A stretch of 64,000 nt of DNA from a virus (lineage: Duplodnaviria; Caudoviricetes): the IMG/VR virus record IMGVR_UViG_3300024272_000051, positions 32,001 through 96,000 of that record. One strand, 5' to 3'. This document shows positions 15,957-25,300 of this stretch, piece after piece. Under the pieces are notes generated by a model that had not been told where the DNA came from, did no database searches, and saw only the letters and a list, made by a program, of their open reading frames with translations. Every line of letters starts with the position of its first letter. Positions within the stretch are counted from its first letter, which is position 1. A program made the position numbers and the translations under genes.

Positions 15957-18205
15957 CAGTAAACGAATGGCTCGGAAATGAAAATGAACTTGGACTTAAA
16001 ATATATGACAGCAAGTACAGACACAATGAAGAAGATTTTGAATGCTTTTTGGACAGAGTGAGTGGCGGAGACGAAGAACTTCGTAAGTATGTAAAGCAGA
16101 AAAAGATTTTGCTCGGCGGAAGAACGCTCACAAACAGAGGAACGGATAGCAGTGCGTCATATTTTAACTGTTACTCTCGTGGTTTTGTAGAAGACGACTA
16201 TCGTGACATTATGCAGGCCGCTGTTGATATTGGTTTAACATTCAAGTCACAAGGTGGACAGGGTATTTCACTTAGTAAGTTAAGACCAAAGGGCACACCC
16301 ATCGGAAAAGAGTACTCATCAGATGGTATCATCCCATTTATGAAGATCTACAATGAGGTCACCGCCGGAACAAGTCAGGGCGGCTCTCGAAAGGGTGCAT
16401 TGATGTTGTCTATCGATGCACGACACAAAGAAGCAATCGATTTTATCCATATCAAATCCACGGAGGGTTCTATCGAAAAGGCAAACTTGTCTCTTGAGAT
16501 CGACGATGAGTTTATGCGTGCAGTAGAGAAATACTACCAGACCGGCGAGATTGTTACTTTACATGAAAAGCGCAATTACAGTGGACATGTAGTAGAATAT
16601 GATGTCGTTCCAATCAAAGTGTTTGAAGCACTTGTTCAGAACTCATATGACTGGGCAGACCCCGCATGTCTGTTTGTAGATGAGTTTAGAAACCACAATT
16701 TGATGCAGTACGATCCCAATTATCAGATTGAGACATGTAATCCCTGCGGGGAACAACCTTTGCCCAAGCATGGCGCCTGTTGCCTTGCGTCACTTAACCT
16801 TTCTGAATTCGTCAAAAATCCATACACAGAACAGGCTCATGTCGATGTGTCAGATTTCGTAAATGCTGTGAGAGTTGGCATCGAAACACTTGATAAGCTC
16901 ATTGACGAGAATTACTCAAGACATCCTCTGGAAGAGCAACAGAAGATGTCTTACAACTACCGTAATATCGGACTCGGTATTTTTGGTTATGCTACGGCAC
17001 TTATGAAGCTTGGGATGAAATATGGTTCCAACGAAGCAATTAAGTTCACCGAAGAGATTTTTGGCATGATGTTTAAAGCTGCTGTCATCAAGAGTAATGA
17101 ACTTGCCAAGGAGTATGGGCCGTTCCCAAAGTACAACGATTTGTTGTTCGATGCAGACATCCTTAAAGAGCACTTTACACAAGATGAGTTGGATGCAATG
17201 AAGCCGTATGGGCTAAGAAACTGCTCACTGCTTTCCATTGCGCCTACTGGCAGTATCTCAAATCTTCTGAATGAAAGTGGTGGCTGTGAGCCGGAATTTG
17301 CTCTCAAATATACAAGACGAACTATCGGCATGACCGAGGGGCAGGATACATACTTTGATGTTTACTGTAAGGCTGCAAGGGAATATATGGCTTTCACTGG
17401 AAAGCATGAACTGCCTGACTATTTTGTGAGTTCGAGCGACATTCCGTGGGAAGCTCGTATCGCAACACAGGCTGCCATGCAACGGCATGTTGATACGGCC
17501 ATCTCATCTACAGTCAATCTTCCTGAGAGTGCGACGTGTGAAGACATTGCACAGCTTTATTTGGAGAGTTGGAAGCAAAAGCTAAAAGGTGTTACGATTT
17601 TCAGAAGCGGATGTAAGAGAATGCCAATCCTTTCTACAAAAGCCAACACTTCTACAAAAGAAGAACCGTACCGTGAGCTGAGTAGGGGAGATATTATTGA
17701 ATGCTCCAATGAGCTTGTCGGCAAAAAGAGAAAGCTGACAACGGGCTGTGGCAGCCTTCATGTGATGGCATACTTTGACCCCGTTACAGCAGAATTACAA
17801 GAGTGCTTCCTTGCTAAAGGTTCGACCGGTGGGTGTGCCAACTTTATGACAGGCTTGAGCAGAACTATTTCGCTTCTCGCTCGTGCAGGTGTCAGTGTGT
17901 ACACCATCCAAGACCAGCTGAATAGTACGGGAACCTGTCCCTCATATGCAACACGAAGAGCCGTTTCTCACGATACATCAAAGGGATCTTGTTGCCCGAT
18001 GGCAGTCGGAAATGCTCTTATCGAAATGTATGAGGAGATGTTGGATGAAGTTCTGTATGACGAAAGTGGCGATTGTGAAGAATGTGTATGTCACAACGAT
18101 ACCAGAGAGACAGTCAGTGACAAGTGTCCGCAGTGCGGAGAAAACGTGATTTATGAAGTCGGGTGTATGACTTGTAAATCGTGTGGATGGACAAAGTGTG
18201 AATAA
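15953..18205 (+). CDS. nrdJ: Class II (B12-dependent) ribonucleotide reductase with C-terminal TSCPD/Zn-ribbon domain
   Basis: FNCY, GGSRKGA, NPCGEQPL, IAPTGSIS, ISSTVNLP, KGVTIFR; no NrdB in the window. Confidence 0.9.
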   Translation: MTVNEWLGNENELGLKIYDSKYRHNEEDFECFLDRVSGGDEELRKYVKQKKILLGGRTLTNRGTDSSASYFNCYSRGFVEDDYRDIMQAAVDIGLTFKSQGGQGISLSKLRPKGTPIGKEYSSDGIIPFMKIYNEVTAGTSQGGSRKGALMLSIDARHKEAIDFIHIKSTEGSIEKANLSLEIDDEFMRAVEKYYQTGEIVTLHEKRNYSGHVVEYDVVPIKVFEALVQNSYDWADPACLFVDEFRNHNLMQYDPNYQIETCNPCGEQPLPKHGACCLASLNLSEFVKNPYTEQAHVDVSDFVNAVRVGIETLDKLIDENYSRHPLEEQQKMSYNYRNIGLGIFGYATALMKLGMKYGSNEAIKFTEEIFGMMFKAAVIKSNELAKEYGPFPKYNDLLFDADILKEHFTQDELDAMKPYGLRNCSLLSIAPTGSISNLLNESGGCEPEFALKYTRRTIGMTEGQDTYFDVYCKAAREYMAFTGKHELPDYFVSSSDIPWEARIATQAAMQRHVDTAISSTVNLPESATCEDIAQLYLESWKQKLKGVTIFRSGCKRMPILSTKANTSTKEEPYRELSRGDIIECSNELVGKKRKLTTGCGSLHVMAYFDPVTAELQECFLAKGSTGGCANFMTGLSRTISLLARAGVSVYTIQDQLNSTGTCPSYATRRAVSHDTSKGSCCPMAVGNALIEMYEEMLDEVLYDESGDCEECVCHNDTRETVSDKCPQCGENVIYEVGCMTCKSCGWTKCE

Positions 18206-18217
18206 GAGGAGAATAAA

Positions 18218-18838
18218 ATGAATTTATATCAATATATCTCAGTCGGTATTCAACTGATTTTGGTAGTAGTTCTTGTTGCTCTAATGTGGGAAGACCGCAA
18301 CAAGAGAAAGGTTGGAGAATTTGAAAAGGTCAGCTTTAAGCAGTTCTATTCTGCTATGAAAGACGAGTTTTATGAGCATTTAGCCCCAGAGGTAAGCGAA
18401 GTCGAGTATGTTGAACGTGTCAAAGAAATGTATGATGCGATTGAACTTCCTACCAGAGCTACAAAGGGAAGTGCTGGATACGATTTTAAGGCGCCGTTTT
18501 CATTTGAATTGATGCCCAGACACACCATTAAAATCCCGACAGGTATTCGTGTAAAGATTCGTAACGACTGGTGGCTTGGATGTCTTCCGAGAAGCAGCTT
18601 GGGATTTAAGTACAGAGCGCAGCTTGACAATACCATGGGAGTTATTGACTCAGACTATTACTACTCAGACAATGAGGGTCATATCTTTGTTAAGATGACG
18701 AATGACTCTGGAAACAAAAAGTTGATGGTTAATACCGGCGACGGCTTTGTACAGGGTATTTTTATGCCATATGGAACAACACAGTCAGACAAGACTACAG
18801 TTACCAGAAATGGTGGCATTGGTTCTACAGGACGATAA
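18218..18838 (+). CDS. dut: Trimeric dUTPase with N-terminal hydrophobic helix
   Basis: SAGYD, PRSS, GVIDSDYY, QGI, RNGGIGSTG. Confidence 0.92.
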   Translation: MNLYQYISVGIQLILVVVLVALMWEDRNKRKVGEFEKVSFKQFYSAMKDEFYEHLAPEVSEVEYVERVKEMYDAIELPTRATKGSAGYDFKAPFSFELMPRHTIKIPTGIRVKIRNDWWLGCLPRSSLGFKYRAQLDNTMGVIDSDYYYSDNEGHIFVKMTNDSGNKKLMVNTGDGFVQGIFMPYGTTQSDKTTVTRNGGIGSTGR

Positions 18839-18867
18839 AAGAAAAGCCGCCCCTTTGTGGGGCGGCT
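18837..18867 (-). terminator. GC-rich hairpin with U-tract on the minus strand
   Basis: agccgcccc-tttgt-ggggcggct preceded by aaaagaaa. Confidence 0.55.
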
Positions 18868-18900
18868 ACACTGTTGTCTGCGCGAAAATGGAGATGGAAG

Positions 18901-19092
18901 ATGTTAAATGGTTTAGAAGTATATACAGTTAAGGAAATTCAGGAATTATTTAAGTGTGGAAAAAGACAAGCCTATGAACTTATGCGTTCTCCGTCATTTC
19001 CCTCAATCAAAGTTGGAGGAAGATACATAGTCGAAAAAAGTGCCCTGCAGCGCTGGTTTTCGACATATGAAGGATCATATTTCATCATTTGA
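18901..19092 (+). CDS. xis: Excisionase-like HTH protein
   Basis: YTVKEI..GKRQAYELM..FPSIKVGGRYIV; directly upstream of int. Confidence 0.8.
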   Translation: MLNGLEVYTVKEIQELFKCGKRQAYELMRSPSFPSIKVGGRYIVEKSALQRWFSTYEGSYFII

Positions 19093-19106
19093 GGAGGCGT
19101 ATGTTT

Positions 19107-20225
19107 ATGGCAAAGTCTGGAAGTATTTCAAAAAGAGCAGATGGTCGGTGGACAGTAAAATACAAGAACAGGCAAACGACCTGCAAAACAGAAGCTGAAG
19201 CAAAACGGAAGCTTAAAGAAATGAAAGCGGTAAGCATAATACAAGCTGTCCCGGTGGCAAAATTGACTGCTGAAGATGCTATAACGAAGTGGCTAAGTGT
19301 ACAACAAGTTAGGCTGAAACCGAGTAGTTTTGACAGGCTTGAGCAGGTTTGGGAAAACCAAGTAAAGCTGTATTTTGCAAAACAGCAGTTCAGTACAATC
19401 AAAAAAGGCGACATAGATGATATGCTGATTGATCTATGTAATAAGGGATACTCCTATTCGACGGTCAAGAAAGCATTTGAGCTTTTAAGCGGGTGTTTCA
19501 GATATTATCTGGAACGAGAAACAATAACCAGTGATCCAACCACCTTTGTAAAAGTGCCATCTGTTAACAAGAAACCAAAAGGCGAAATCATATTCTATGA
19601 AGAAGACGAGCTACGCAAAATTTATGATGCGTCAACCAGAAAGTATTCCAATGGGGTGCCTGTGTTCAGACAGGGGTGGGCAATTGTTCTGCTCGGCAAT
19701 ACAGGACTACGCCTTGGTGAGCTTTGTGGGTTGACATGGGACAATGTTGACTTTAAGAAAAAACAAATTATAATCAAAGGAAATAGGGTATTGGTAAAGA
19801 ACCGAGATGAGGGTGCAACAACCAGAAACAAGCTTGTTGACCAAAAGGTTACAAAGACACAGAATGGTATGCGCACAGTTCCTCTCAATGAGATGGCCGT
19901 AGAAGCACTCATAGAACTACAAAAGATAAAGAGTAGTAACTATGTGCTTGCATCGAGACACGGCAATCCGACATACCCTAAGGTGTTAGACACGACATTC
20001 CGCAGAGTGTTAAAAGCTGCGGGCATACCAGAAGATAGGATTTATGGTGTGCACTCTCTCAGACATTCGTTTGCGACTACGCTAATACGAAATGGAGTGT
20101 CGCCCAAGACAGTCTCCAAACTATTAGGGCATGGAGACATCAACATTACATTACAGACGTATGTTCATGCACTGCAAAATGACTACTCAGACGCAGTTGC
20201 GATGTTGGACAGAGCTATAAAATAG
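19107..20225 (+). CDS. int: Tyrosine integrase
   Basis: Arm-binding N-terminus GSISKRADGRW; TGLRLGE, HSLRH, LGH and TY catalytic motifs. Confidence 0.95.
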   Translation: MAKSGSISKRADGRWTVKYKNRQTTCKTEAEAKRKLKEMKAVSIIQAVPVAKLTAEDAITKWLSVQQVRLKPSSFDRLEQVWENQVKLYFAKQQFSTIKKGDIDDMLIDLCNKGYSYSTVKKAFELLSGCFRYYLERETITSDPTTFVKVPSVNKKPKGEIIFYEEDELRKIYDASTRKYSNGVPVFRQGWAIVLLGNTGLRLGELCGLTWDNVDFKKKQIIIKGNRVLVKNRDEGATTRNKLVDQKVTKTQNGMRTVPLNEMAVEALIELQKIKSSNYVLASRHGNPTYPKVLDTTFRRVLKAAGIPEDRIYGVHSLRHSFATTLIRNGVSPKTVSKLLGHGDINITLQTYVHALQNDYSDAVAMLDRAIK

Positions 20226-20234
20226 CTCAAAAAA

Positions 20235-20258
20235 TTGGTGTCAAAATTGGTGTCAAAA
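20235..20258 (+). repeat. Integrase arm-type sites, left pair
   Basis: TTGGTGTCAAAA twice in tandem. Confidence 0.75.
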
Positions 20259-20314
20259 ATTTTTTCGATGGCTGAAAGCCAGTATTTTCAAGCGTTTGCG
20301 GAGTTTGGCGGATG

Positions 20315-20362
20315 GGTCTCCAAAACCGTAGGCTCAGGGTTCAAGTCCTTGTGCCCCTGCCA
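20315..20362 (+). mobile_element. attP core: 3' half of tRNA-Trp(CCA)
   Basis: GGT-CTCCAAA-ACC anticodon arm, T-arm CAGGG-TTCAAGT-CCTTG, acceptor strand and CCA; 5' half absent; adjacent to int. Confidence 0.85.
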
Positions 20363-20421
20363 AACAAAGAAATCGGTAGATGCTTGGAAAGTTCAAGTTT
20401 CTTTCGGTTTCTTTGTTTTTT
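20362..20421 (+). terminator. Terminator-like inverted repeat after the tRNA fragment
   Basis: aaacaaagaaatcg ... cggtttctttgttt followed by Ts. Confidence 0.55.
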
Positions 20422-20510
20422 GCTACCATTTTGCTTCTGAATGTTTCGGATATCAAGAGTGGGATTTTGCTTTGCATTCCGCATAGATTAGCTGCACTCG
20501 CTCGAAATTG

Positions 20511-20544
20511 TCCTATTTTATCCTTTTGTATCCCTTTTTATCCT
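20511..20544 (+). repeat. 10-bp-period TCC repeats, putative Xis sites
   Basis: tcctatttta/tccttttgta/tcccttttta/tcct. Confidence 0.45.
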
Positions 20545-20552
20545 CCGAAAAA

Positions 20553-20572
20553 GGTGTCAAAAAGGTGTCAAA
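20553..20572 (+). repeat. Integrase arm-type sites, right pair
   Basis: GGTGTCAAA twice, same motif as the left pair. Confidence 0.75.
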
Positions 20573-20705
20573 CTATTCGGAGTATTCTAAACTATTCCAT
20601 TATCTTTTCTTCGTCTCAGCTATCATGTTGGGGCGAAATACATACTATATGTTCCTTTAAAAGATCGCTAATTTCGATTAACTATGTTTTAAGAGAATAT
20701 TGTTT

Positions 20706-20750
20706 AAGGGCAGGGTAGAACTAAGCTTCTATCTTGCCCTTTATTTTTTT
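20706..20750 (+). terminator. Intrinsic terminator for rightward transcription
   Basis: aagggcagggtagaa...ttctatcttgccctt plus T-run. Confidence 0.75.
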
Positions 20751-20764
20751 GCCGATTATGGCGC

Positions 20765-20805
20765 AAAAAAATGAGAGCCAACTCCGATATGGAGAAAGCT
20801 CTCAT
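20765..20805 (-). terminator. Terminator of the lysis/late operon
   Basis: atgagagc...gctctcat stem with U-tract on the minus strand. Confidence 0.65.
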
Positions 20806-20849
20806 AAATACTTAGATATTTACACCCACAAATATCTGAATTTCAGTTA

Positions 20850-21473
20850 TCATTCGTATCCTCGGACATCCTCCAGGAACGTATGATTTTTCATGTGATT
20901 TTCATAGGACTCAGTTATGATCCTATAAACAATATCAATCTCACCGTTTGTAAGTCCACGCTCTTCAAGGAAGACCTCGTATCTGTCGTAAACCTTAAAA
21001 ATACGATTAAACTCTTCTCTCGAAACAACTGCGTTTTCGTTACTAACTCTATTGGCAAAATCAATAATTCTATCTCTGCTGCTCTGAACAAACATTTCTT
21101 CTGTCATTTTAGTGTTGTCTCTCAGAGCCTCTGTTACATCGGCTAAATTTTTGCTGATTTCTACGATAGAATCATCATAGGTATCAGCCCTGTCATTTAC
21201 CCATTGCATCCACTTATCGCGTTTGGAGATATTGTCAGCTGAGTAATGGCTGTTTACATCGCTCAACAGCTGTCTCACTTCTTTTAGTGTTTGTGCTGCC
21301 TCTTCTTTTTCTCTTTTCTTTCTGGTAAATACTTTTCTGATCTTAAGGAACTCTGGTACTACTTTGCCCTTGAATTCCAAAATTTCTCCAATGCCTTGCA
21401 TACCAAAAAAGACGACTGCTACTCCAATTGCGATTTTAGTTGGTACATTTAAATAATTAAGATAGTTCAGCAT
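20850..21473 (-). CDS. Membrane-anchored lysis-module protein
   Basis: N-terminal hydrophobic helix plus coiled coil, in the lysis cassette. Confidence 0.6.
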   Translation of the reverse strand: MLNYLNYLNVPTKIAIGVAVVFFGMQGIGEILEFKGKVVPEFLKIRKVFTRKKREKEEAAQTLKEVRQLLSDVNSHYSADNISKRDKWMQWVNDRADTYDDSIVEISKNLADVTEALRDNTKMTEEMFVQSSRDRIIDFANRVSNENAVVSREEFNRIFKVYDRYEVFLEERGLTNGEIDIVYRIITESYENHMKNHTFLEDVRGYE

Positions 21474-21783
21474 CTTGGGCTACCTCTGTTTCTGCGTCGG
21501 CCTCGACAAGGACGCCCTCTTCGACTTCAAACATATCAGAGATATACTCGATAATACCCTGCAATGCTGTGCCAATGGTGGATGCGCTGGCTGCGTCGAT
21601 CTTACCTTCGGTAACAATATATGTAATTGCAGAAATAAGAGCGGTAACGCAACCGGCAATAGCTTGAACATCACTTTCAGCTCCATTTCCACCAACTGCT
21701 AAAATAACGCCAAGAACAATGCCTGCGATGGCGCACCATAACTTCGTGGACTTCAGCTTTTGCCAAAATGTACGTGTTTGCAT
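21457..21783 (-). CDS. Putative holin
   Basis: KLKSxKLW motif, two TM helices, YIVTEGKID, acidic tail. Confidence 0.7.
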   Translation of the reverse strand: MQTRTFWQKLKSTKLWCAIAGIVLGVILAVGGNGAESDVQAIAGCVTALISAITYIVTEGKIDAASASTIGTALQGIIEYISDMFEVEEGVLVEADAETEVAQDAELS

Positions 21784-21829
21784 ATTAGTTCCTCCCATGG
21801 ATCGCCCTCCGCCGAAGCGGAGGGATCTG

Positions 21830-22207
21830 TTATATTGATGGACTGTCTTTTGAAATAGATTGCTTTAAGAACCCTTTGGCTTGAGCAGAAGCAAAAGTAA
21901 TACCATCACCATTGCCACCCACATTTTCTGCCCTATTCTTATCGACCACACGGCTTATAGCAATGCTTACTGCTGTACCTATCGGAGTAAAGACAACTGT
22001 CCAGCACATAAGAGCGCCGGTATACCCAGTGGAAATACTCTTCAGGGCAAGATAAAAGCCGCCGACCAAACCGGCAGCAAGAAAGAGTAGTATGTAGAGG
22101 GCGAGTCGATTAGTAAAACCAAGCTTAGCAAAATGAGCCAATAGGGGACAGCCCTTCTTCTGCTTCTCTTTTTTGGGCTTTGTGTTTTTGCTAATCAAGA
22201 CTATCAC
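21830..22207 (-). CDS. Two-TM membrane protein (holin-like)
   Basis: Basic N-terminus, two hydrophobic segments, KNRAEN; overlaps the endolysin stop. Confidence 0.6.
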   Translation of the reverse strand: MIVLISKNTKPKKEKQKKGCPLLAHFAKLGFTNRLALYILLFLAAGLVGGFYLALKSISTGYTGALMCWTVVFTPIGTAVSIAISRVVDKNRAENVGGNGDGITFASAQAKGFLKQSISKDSPSI

Positions 22208-23007
22208 ACCTTACCCATCATCTTTGCAAATCTGTATAGGATGGTAGCCATCTGCTCTCTTGTGAGAACGTCTTCCCACATATAGTTGGGTTCACCGGTA
22301 GCAGTTACATTACCGCCAGTGATCAAACCAGAGTTAATAGCCCAGTCACGAGCTTCCTTGCTCCACTGTGCGGAATCATTATCCTGCAGACCTTCGCGCA
22401 TCTGCAGCCACAGTTCTCTAAATCTTTCAACGTTCATATCATCATCCTCCTCGAACTCCATGCCCTCGACCAAGGAATAGTCGGGGCGACCATATCTGCC
22501 ATAACTAATTGGATAAGACTTGGGCGCAACACCACCGCCATTAGCGACTACGCCAGATGCTGCAGATGTATTGCCCTCGATTGTATAGACTCGTCCATCG
22601 CGTACATCAATAACAAGACCAGTGTGGTAAGATGTAGCCCATCCATCGTTGCTGAAGAAAATTTGGTCTCCGGGCTTAGGCTCGGTCTTCAGCTGACCCT
22701 TTGCTTTGTAGTACTTCATAGAGAACTCACAGCCGGCACCAAGACCGCCCATGGGTTGACACAGAAGCTTCATGCCCATTTCAAGACCAAAAGCCTTGAT
22801 AAAGCACCAGTCAACAAAGACATCACACCAGTGATATCCATTCTTGTTACCGTTGTAAACTCCGAGCTGAGCAAGATCTCTGGCATACTTAGTCCAGTTG
22901 TTATAACCGGCATTGCCTGTGTGACTGTCGAGATTAGAGTTAGTTGCCTTTTCAAGATACCCAATCTCATTCTTTGCCACTTGAATTACTTTTTCAATTG
23001 CTGTCAA
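22204..23007 (-). CDS. CHAP endolysin with C-terminal SLH domain
   Basis: EIGYLEK, WCDVFVDW, HTGLV, IEGNT; W..EA..W...GLI.G..LTREQMATILYR; TTG start after AAGGAGG. Confidence 0.88.
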   Translation of the reverse strand: MTAIEKVIQVAKNEIGYLEKATNSNLDSHTGNAGYNNWTKYARDLAQLGVYNGNKNGYHWCDVFVDWCFIKAFGLEMGMKLLCQPMGGLGAGCEFSMKYYKAKGQLKTEPKPGDQIFFSNDGWATSYHTGLVIDVRDGRVYTIEGNTSAASGVVANGGGVAPKSYPISYGRYGRPDYSLVEGMEFEEDDDMNVERFRELWLQMREGLQDNDSAQWSKEARDWAINSGLITGGNVTATGEPNYMWEDVLTREQMATILYRFAKMMGKV

Positions 23008-23089
23008 GAATATTCCTCCTTCCAAGCCAATCGATTTTTTAGAATGATTCCTAGAGCCATCAGATTCGTTTCTGGTGGCTTATTTTTTT

Positions 23090-23160
23090 ACATAGAAAAA
23101 GACACGCCCACATAACCTATCTCAGAAACTGATTCATCTGAGCAGGTGAGAGCATGTCTG
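23090..23160 (-). terminator. Long hairpin/terminator between tail-fibre and lysis genes
   Basis: Minus strand gacatgctc...gggcgtgtc followed by ttttt. Confidence 0.55.
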
Positions 23161-23219
23161 TGCGGATATAACAATACCGGGCCCGATTGAGCCCGGTTAT
23201 GTATGAAATATTGGTTTTA

Positions 23220-23975
23220 TCAGCGAAATGTAACCGTGATTTGTGAAGGGTCATAGTCCTCCGGAACACTTCCACTAAACAACAGATTAATAAAAATGTA
23301 CTTTCCACCAATTTCTGATATTGAAAAGCTGCCAGAGGTACCGCCGCCAAATCCAATCCTGCTCCAAGTTTGAGAATCTGCATCATAGCTTACAACAAAA
23401 TAACCATAGTTCGTTACAGCTAGTCCATGTCCCATGGTGTCAGATACACCTATATTCATATTAGTAGCATTATCGGGGATTTGTATGGGGTAATAGCCAC
23501 TAATACTTAGGTTGTCTACATTCTTTGTAGAGGACGCAAATAAATATTTGTCATTTAGTGCAAAGCCAGCATAAACATCTACGGTAGTTATATGGTGTCC
23601 TACCCACAAATCAAAGTTCTCAACACGAACACGATTCACATTTATAGTAACGTCTTCTGTAATATTTTCAACTGTCACTAAATTGTCTGAATATGAAGAT
23701 TGTGTAATATTATTTTCACCCATTGTTATATGTACATCAGACGAATTACATATAAAACCTACTGGCGGAGATAAAGTAGCGCTATAGTTATGTACTAAAG
23801 ATACATTATTTAGATTACTATTTATATGTGTGCCCCCAGGACATTTTTCAATGTGATACCCGGCGATTAATGTATCTACCGCATCGGTCAAATTAATATT
23901 ACTTACGCCTGTTTTTTCATTTGCACTATCTAAGAGAGTGCGAAATTGGTTTTTTACTGATTGTGCTGTAATCAC
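23220..23975 (-). CDS. Putative receptor-binding/tail-fibre protein 4
   Basis: Shared N-terminal N..TG..NLTDA motif; one YSATL..TMG repeat; distinct C-terminal domain. Confidence 0.65.
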   Translation of the reverse strand: MITAQSVKNQFRTLLDSANEKTGVSNINLTDAVDTLIAGYHIEKCPGGTHINSNLNNVSLVHNYSATLSPPVGFICNSSDVHITMGENNITQSSYSDNLVTVENITEDVTINVNRVRVENFDLWVGHHITTVDVYAGFALNDKYLFASSTKNVDNLSISGYYPIQIPDNATNMNIGVSDTMGHGLAVTNYGYFVVSYDADSQTWSRIGFGGGTSGSFSISEIGGKYIFINLLFSGSVPEDYDPSQITVTFR

Positions 23976-23989
23976 AATAATCACCTCAC

Positions 23990-25285
23990 TCACGAATAAC
24001 GTATCTTGGAGTTGGTGAGTTGACTAGCGGTAGATGTAGACCAATACGGGTCGCTAAACATATTAAATACGACATTAACACCGCCATCTTCTACAACTCC
24101 CCAATCGCCCCATTTCTCTCTGCATATATCAATGGTTGTTGATAAATTGAGGTCATTTGTTGCTGTGCTTACAAACTCGTGGTTGGAAGAATATTTATTA
24201 CCGGCAATAAATGCGGCTTCTACAGTGATCAACTCTGGACACATTGTATAAAGATGTATTTGCGATGCCCCAATTGGGATTGGTATCAAATAAACATTGC
24301 CATATATGGTGTAAGCACTCGTTCTTGCTGTGCCACAACCCAATAAAGCACAATCATCATAAAGCTGACTGTTCGTACCACTAATACCGTTTGTAGTCGA
24401 TGACACTTTAGTATTTGTAATTGCGCGCAAAGTTGATGCATACTCCACAGAAACTACAATATCTATATCTCCGCTTATACTTTCTATGAATATTTCAGCG
24501 GTCTTATAGTCTGCGGAAATAGCACAGCAATCTGATGTAATGTCTACACCACCCATGGTAACAACGATACTTCGATCATATAGAAGCCACCAGCTTGGGA
24601 GCGATACGGTAACAGTGGTTGAAAAAGAACTGTTGCGATCTACGGTATCTGGCTGGTTGCTCAAAGTGACTCCGACAGGGGAGTATGTAACAGCATAGGA
24701 AGTAATTTCGCCACACACGGCGGTAATCTCAATGTTCCCAGTAATGTTGTTGATTGTGATTGTCCCATCAGCATAAACATCCACTGTCACATCCTGCCCT
24801 CCCATAGTAACAACAACAGATTGTAATTCATAACCATCGTCTGGAGTTAGCGTGGCCGAATATGATTGCTTTTCATATATGGTTGCAATATCGTTATTGG
24901 AAGAACAATATGTCAGACAATTGTTAATAGAATATTGCTCCAAAGCTCTTGCATTTGCTACGATCTGCAGATCTCCAGTCAGGTCCTTGATAGATACTAT
25001 GCCGTCTGCATAGGCCGTGCTTGTAATATCTACGCCATCCATAATAACAGCGACAGACCCTTCGTCTAATGTATAGCCCTCGTCAACAGACAGAGTCGCT
25101 TGATACGACCCTGTTAAAGAAACCAGTCCTGTATTTATAATATGTTTTCCGCCAACACAGTCACTTGCGCCAAAACCTTCAACAAGAGTGGCTATAGCAT
25201 CTGATATATTTGTATCGTTGGCGCCAGTTTCTGTATTGGAATTGAGCAACAATTCAGATAATTTTGTTTTAACGCTATTAATCAT
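23990..25285 (-). CDS. Putative receptor-binding/tail-fibre protein 3
   Basis: Shared N-terminal motif plus three Ig-like V.MGG.DIT repeats. Confidence 0.68.
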   Translation of the reverse strand: MINSVKTKLSELLLNSNTETGANDTNISDAIATLVEGFGASDCVGGKHIINTGLVSLTGSYQATLSVDEGYTLDEGSVAVIMDGVDITSTAYADGIVSIKDLTGDLQIVANARALEQYSINNCLTYCSSNNDIATIYEKQSYSATLTPDDGYELQSVVVTMGGQDVTVDVYADGTITINNITGNIEITAVCGEITSYAVTYSPVGVTLSNQPDTVDRNSSFSTTVTVSLPSWWLLYDRSIVVTMGGVDITSDCCAISADYKTAEIFIESISGDIDIVVSVEYASTLRAITNTKVSSTTNGISGTNSQLYDDCALLGCGTARTSAYTIYGNVYLIPIPIGASQIHLYTMCPELITVEAAFIAGNKYSSNHEFVSTATNDLNLSTTIDICREKWGDWGVVEDGGVNVVFNMFSDPYWSTSTASQLTNSKIRYS

Positions 25286-25300
25286 TGCTTTTACCTCATA

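Noticed and set aside
7779-18205. Inteins or introns in DnaE or NrdJ
   Set aside because: Frames are continuous with normal motif spacing; the ~40-aa DnaE insert near 8690-8810 lacks intein ends
20295-20362. Complete tRNA-Trp gene
   Set aside because: The 5' acceptor strand and D-arm are missing; it is an attP core
20235-20718. ORFs across attP
   Set aside because: They overlap the arm repeats and tRNA core, lack an RBS and have low-complexity translations
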